Origin: an uncultured Spartobacteria bacterium | GTDB lineage: Bacteria; Verrucomicrobiota; Verrucomicrobiia; Chthoniobacterales; Chthoniobacteraceae | Direction: 5' to 3' | Assembly (NCBI GenBank): GCA_903919125.1 | Contig: CAIXGS010000012.1 | Coordinates: 27,706-91,705 of the forward strand | Length of the DNA: 64,000 bases | Part shown: positions 60,582-64,000 of the stretch, one piece after another | Position numbering within the stretch: the stretch's first letter is position 1 | Layout of the letters: every line of letters begins with the position of its first letter | Notes under the pieces: model-generated | The model's input: the letters and a program-made list of their open reading frames with translations, nothing else | What the model was told of the DNA's origin: nothing | The model's database searches: none | Position numbers and translations under genes: made by a program

Positions 60582-60879
60582 CTACCCGCCCGCGTACCGT
60601 CCCACCGCAACCACACCCTGCACGCAAACGCCTCGCAAGCGCCTCTATCGCCGACTCCGAGTGCTGACCGCCAAACCCGTCCACCACTAAAACCGTCTTG
60701 CCTCCGCGATGCGCTGTTTCCCTTCTGAGCACCACACGCCCGGGCTTTACGACAATTGGCGCGGTCGCTTCAGACGCCTCCGGCCCCAGCGCGAGCCCTT
60801 CCAACTTCAACCCAGCAAAGGCGGCGTTAAGCCCAGATTGAGGACCTGAGGTTGGAATGCGTTTTTTGGGCGAGGACAT
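60502..60879 (-). CDS. translation initiation factor SUI1/YciH family
   Basis: Conserved GRVVLRRETAHRGGKTVLVVDGF core. Confidence 0.7.
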   Translation of the reverse strand: MSSPKKRIPTSGPQSGLNAAFAGLKLEGLALGPEASEATAPIVVKPGRVVLRRETAHRGGKTVLVVDGFGGQHSESAIEALARRLRAGCGCGGTVRGRVVELQGDFPAKVRDLLEAEGFVVAGER

Positions 60880-61242
60880 CGTTTCGGCTTTATCTAATCC
60901 ATTACCAGCGGCTCGTGATCCTTCACAATATCAAAGGAGTAACAGCGAACATCGCCTCCACATTCGAAAGCAAAATCGGCAACCGAGTACTCTTTCACGC
61001 TTCCCTCTAAACGCCCGCATTGAAACTAAAAACAAGACGTGCTCCAGTCGCTGCCCAAGTTGTTAAAGCTTACTGAGGGAGGGAGCGCCGGTTCGCAAAA
61101 CCAGACCCATCGCCGATTTCCCCCTCAAGGATTCAACCGACTCGCCGCCGTCGCTACTCGATCCGAGAAAGGAAATACCACGTTTTCGCGTCTTACCCTT
61201 TGCTTCCTTTATGATTTTCGCCTTTCTAATTAGAAATTCAAC

Positions 61243-62562
61243 GTGATGAAAGTTTCCGACCTCAGAGGCATCCTGCAATACGTCCCCCGCTTTAGGGAAA
61301 AGATTTTCGTAGTCGCACTCGATGGCGAGGTGGCGGCGTCTCCTAACCTTGGGAATTTGCTTTTGGATCTAGCGGTGCTGCGTTCGCTGAGCATTCGAGT
61401 GATTTTAGTTCACGGCTGCGGGGCGCAATTGCTCACTCTCGCCAAGCAACGCGGGGTGGAGGTATCCAGCTCAGATGGCACAGGGGTGACGGACGAGACC
61501 ACGCTGAAGCTTGCCATAGAGGCCAGTCACGCGGTGCTTCAGGAATTGATGGAAGGCCTTGCTCAAGTCGATCTGCGTGCCGCATACGCCAACGTGATTA
61601 TCGCCCATCCTGCGGGGATTCTTAATGGAGTAGACACCCTTCAAACCGGTCGTGTTGAACGTGTTGATACCGCGACACTCCAATTCTTTTTAAACGAGGG
61701 AATCATTCCCGTAGTACCACCGTTAGGCTTCGACGGAGAGGGGCATACTTTTCGCGTAAACTCTGATTCGATGGCTTTGGAAATCGCCGAAGCGGTGCGC
61801 GCGCTCAAAATCATTTACCTCTCACACCGAGGCACTTTGCGTCTGGGCGATACGATGGTTCGGCAATTATCGGTGGCTGAAACCGAGGAGGTGCTGCGCA
61901 AAAAACGGCCCCAGTTGGAGCCGTCCATGGTGAGCAAACTCGAACACGCGGCGCGCGCCTGTCGCAGCGGGATCGCGAGGGTGCACCTGCTTGATGGCAC
62001 GCAAAACGAGGCGCTTCTGAGCGAAATCTTTAGCCATGAAGGTATCGGGACTATGGTCTACTCCAATGAGTACCAACAGATGCGACGAGCTTTGAAAAAG
62101 GATCTTCGTGCTATCATGGCGCTCATTCGGGAATCCGTAGCCAACGCCGAATTGGTGAAACGCTCGCGGGCGGATTTGCTCGCGACGCTGGATGACTATT
62201 GGCTTTTGGAAATTGACCGCAACCTCGCCGGTTGCGTGGCGGTGCATTTTTATCCTGGGCAGGAAACGGCAGAACTCGCCTGCCTCTATATTTCCAAGAG
62301 CCACGAAGGAAAAGGCTACGGCCGTAAGCTCATGTCCTTCGCAGAGCAACTTGCCGCCAAAAAAGGCGCGCGTCACCTGCTGGCGCTCTCCACGCAGGCT
62401 TACAACTTTTTCCAACAAAAGGGCGGCTTCACCGAAGTTAGCGCAGATGCCCTGCCGCCCGAACGTCGCCGCAAGTGGGAGGCTAGCGGCCGCAATTCTA
62501 AAATCATGCGCAAAGACACCGCACTTGCGCCCCAAGCCGTTCCAACCACCCTCCCAGATTAA
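61243..62562 (+). CDS. argA: amino-acid N-acetyltransferase (N-acetylglutamate synthase, NAGK-like kinase fold + C-terminal GNAT)
   Basis: Amino-acid-kinase fold N-terminus (FVVALDGE...VLVHGCGAQ) and GNAT motif (ISKSHEGKGYGRKLM). Confidence 0.8.
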   Translation: MMKVSDLRGILQYVPRFREKIFVVALDGEVAASPNLGNLLLDLAVLRSLSIRVILVHGCGAQLLTLAKQRGVEVSSSDGTGVTDETTLKLAIEASHAVLQELMEGLAQVDLRAAYANVIIAHPAGILNGVDTLQTGRVERVDTATLQFFLNEGIIPVVPPLGFDGEGHTFRVNSDSMALEIAEAVRALKIIYLSHRGTLRLGDTMVRQLSVAETEEVLRKKRPQLEPSMVSKLEHAARACRSGIARVHLLDGTQNEALLSEIFSHEGIGTMVYSNEYQQMRRALKKDLRAIMALIRESVANAELVKRSRADLLATLDDYWLLEIDRNLAGCVAVHFYPGQETAELACLYISKSHEGKGYGRKLMSFAEQLAAKKGARHLLALSTQAYNFFQQKGGFTEVSADALPPERRRKWEASGRNSKIMRKDTALAPQAVPTTLPD

Positions 62563-62586
62563 GCGGGCTCAACAGCAACCACCCCC

Positions 62587-64000
62587 ATGTCCAATCTCTG
62601 GATCGACGGCTTAGTCGTCGCAGTTTACTTCATTGTCATCACCACCATTGGTCTGCGCGCCGGCCGCGGAGAGCGCTCCATGGAGTCCTTCGCCGTGGGG
62701 GATCGCAACATCCCATGGTGGGCCGTACTGGCCTCAATCCTCGCCGCTGAAATCAGCGCTGCGACTTTTTTAGGAGCTCCCGGCGAGGGCTATGCCACCC
62801 GTAATTTTACTTATGCCCAGCTCGCCATCGGAACGATTCTCGCACGCATCATCATCGCGGGCGTCTTCATTAAACCGTTCTACGAGTTCCGTGTGGTGTC
62901 GATTTATCAGTATCTTTCACTGCGCTTCGGCTCTCGCACACGCAACGCGTCCTCGGCGCTATTCCTTGTCACACGGGCTCTTGCGAGCGGCACGCGCCTC
63001 TACGTGGCGGCGATTGTCATCGTTATGACCTACGAGCAGGTCACCGGAGTGAGCCTGGATCCGCTCTCACAGGTCGCCGTCTACTCCGTTGCTCTGGTTT
63101 TTATTACCGCCATCACCGCCCTTTACACCGCAGTGGGCGGGATCAAAGCCGTCGTCTGGACCGATCTAATTCAGGCCACGCTAATGTTCGGCTCCTTAGG
63201 CTTCGCCATCTGGACTCTTCTAACCCGTATCCCAAACGGTTGGGCGGGCGTTACCGATGTGCTTAGCGGCCCGAAAGACTTTGCCATCATCGACCTCGGA
63301 CTCACTCCAGGGGCAAGCTTTTGGACTAATGTGCGCAATATCTTGGAAAGTGAGTACACCATTTGGGCAGCGCTCATAGGCTCCACCTTCACTACAATGG
63401 CCACCCACGGCACCGACCAAGACATGGTGCAACGGATGTTGACGGCGAAAACCCATCAACGCTCCAGACTTTCACTCATCCTCTCCGGGCTAGCAGATCT
63501 CCCTCTTGTCCTTTGCTTTCTACTAGTGGGAATGCTCCTTTGGGTCCACTACCGCGAACCCGGCAAAGACGCGCCTTTCGCCTTTTTTATCGTCAATGAT
63601 CTTCCCCCGGGCGTCCGCGGCATTCTATTTGCAGGAATTTTTGCCACAGCCATGGGATCGTTAAGCACCGCCCTCAACGCGCTTGCCACCAGTTTTACGG
63701 AGGACTGGTACAAAACAATGATCCGGCCCCAAGCCACCGATGCACAGACTCTGCGGGCGGCGCGGATTAGCACCGTGGTGTTCTCCGTGCTCTTGGTACT
63801 CATCGGCGCGGGCACTGCTTACGCAAAAATTGTCCTCCAGGCCCGAATCATTCCGATAGTACTTGGAATTTTTGGGTACACTTACGGCTCGCTGCTCGGA
63901 GTATTTTTGGTCGGACTGCTCACCAAGCGACGCGGCAATGAGACGGGCAACTTGTTGGCCATGTTGGCGGGGTTGATCGCCGTGTCCTTGCTTAGCGGCC
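62587..64000 (+). CDS. sodium:solute symporter family transporter (3' partial, runs off the window)
   Basis: ATG at 62587; continuous multi-TM translation to the window end with SSF-like N-terminal helices; absent from the ORF track only because no stop is reached. Confidence 0.75.
   Translation, partial: MSNLWIDGLVVAVYFIVITTIGLRAGRGERSMESFAVGDRNIPWWAVLASILAAEISAATFLGAPGEGYATRNFTYAQLAIGTILARIIIAGVFIKPFYEFRVVSIYQYLSLRFGSRTRNASSALFLVTRALASGTRLYVAAIVIVMTYEQVTGVSLDPLSQVAVYSVALVFITAITALYTAVGGIKAVVWTDLIQATLMFGSLGFAIWTLLTRIPNGWAGVTDVLSGPKDFAIIDLGLTPGASFWTNVRNILESEYTIWAALIGSTFTTMATHGTDQDMVQRMLTAKTHQRSRLSLILSGLADLPLVLCFLLVGMLLWVHYREPGKDAPFAFFIVNDLPPGVRGILFAGIFATAMGSLSTALNALATSFTEDWYKTMIRPQATDAQTLRAARISTVVFSVLLVLIGAGTAYAKIVLQARIIPIVLGIFGYTYGSLLGVFLVGLLTKRRGNETGNLLAMLAGLIAVSLLSG

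Overview
This 64-kb window has a high-GC bacterial housekeeping backbone; the PVC-group (Verrucomicrobia-like) assignment is a low-confidence guess. The backbone from about 26 to 64 kb carries rpoD, an SPFH/flotillin-like protein, mnmE, hisC, a PfkB-type sugar kinase, a HAD hydrolase, the H+-pyrophosphatase hppA, argF, argD, an AmpD-like amidase, a CDGSH Fe-S protein, an NPP/alkaline-phosphatase-family enzyme, two NHL-repeat proteins, a tRNA with anticodon CAT, a DAHP synthase, a Dpp/Opp-type ABC transporter operon, tsf, rpsB, tmk, a SUI1-family factor, an ArgA-like N-acetylglutamate synthase and a partial sodium:solute symporter at the 3' edge. The region from about 0.1 to 25.5 kb reads as accessory DNA; the STAND and PcfJ-like genes have visibly lower GC, and nearly all proteins are unassignable. 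It holds two things worth attention. First, a co-directional gene pair encodes a Macro-domain protein with a C-terminal RNxxxH (HEPN-like) motif and a giant receptor-like protein of about 1200 aa (N-terminal cytoplasmic TIR domain, single transmembrane helix, about 20 near-identical 32-aa YD-like tandem repeats, C-terminal PDZ); a decayed TIR gene fragment sits just upstream. Second, two divergent operons each carry a paralog of a large Lon-protease-like (S16-like) protein, one of which has lost the predicted catalytic Ser. One of these operons also contains an 1100-aa STAND/P-loop NTPase with internal in-frame tandem duplications. Between the operons lies a solo DUF433 gene, and the whole block is bracketed by two paralogous small proteins of about 75 aa. 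Further observations are a G-tract 9-bp microsatellite directly 5' of hppA, a low-GC PcfJ-like gene, and a sigma-70-family factor with an unusual N-terminal extension. The ORF track uses alternative start codons (several listed M residues are TTG/GTG); true starts are noted where an internal ATG fits better.
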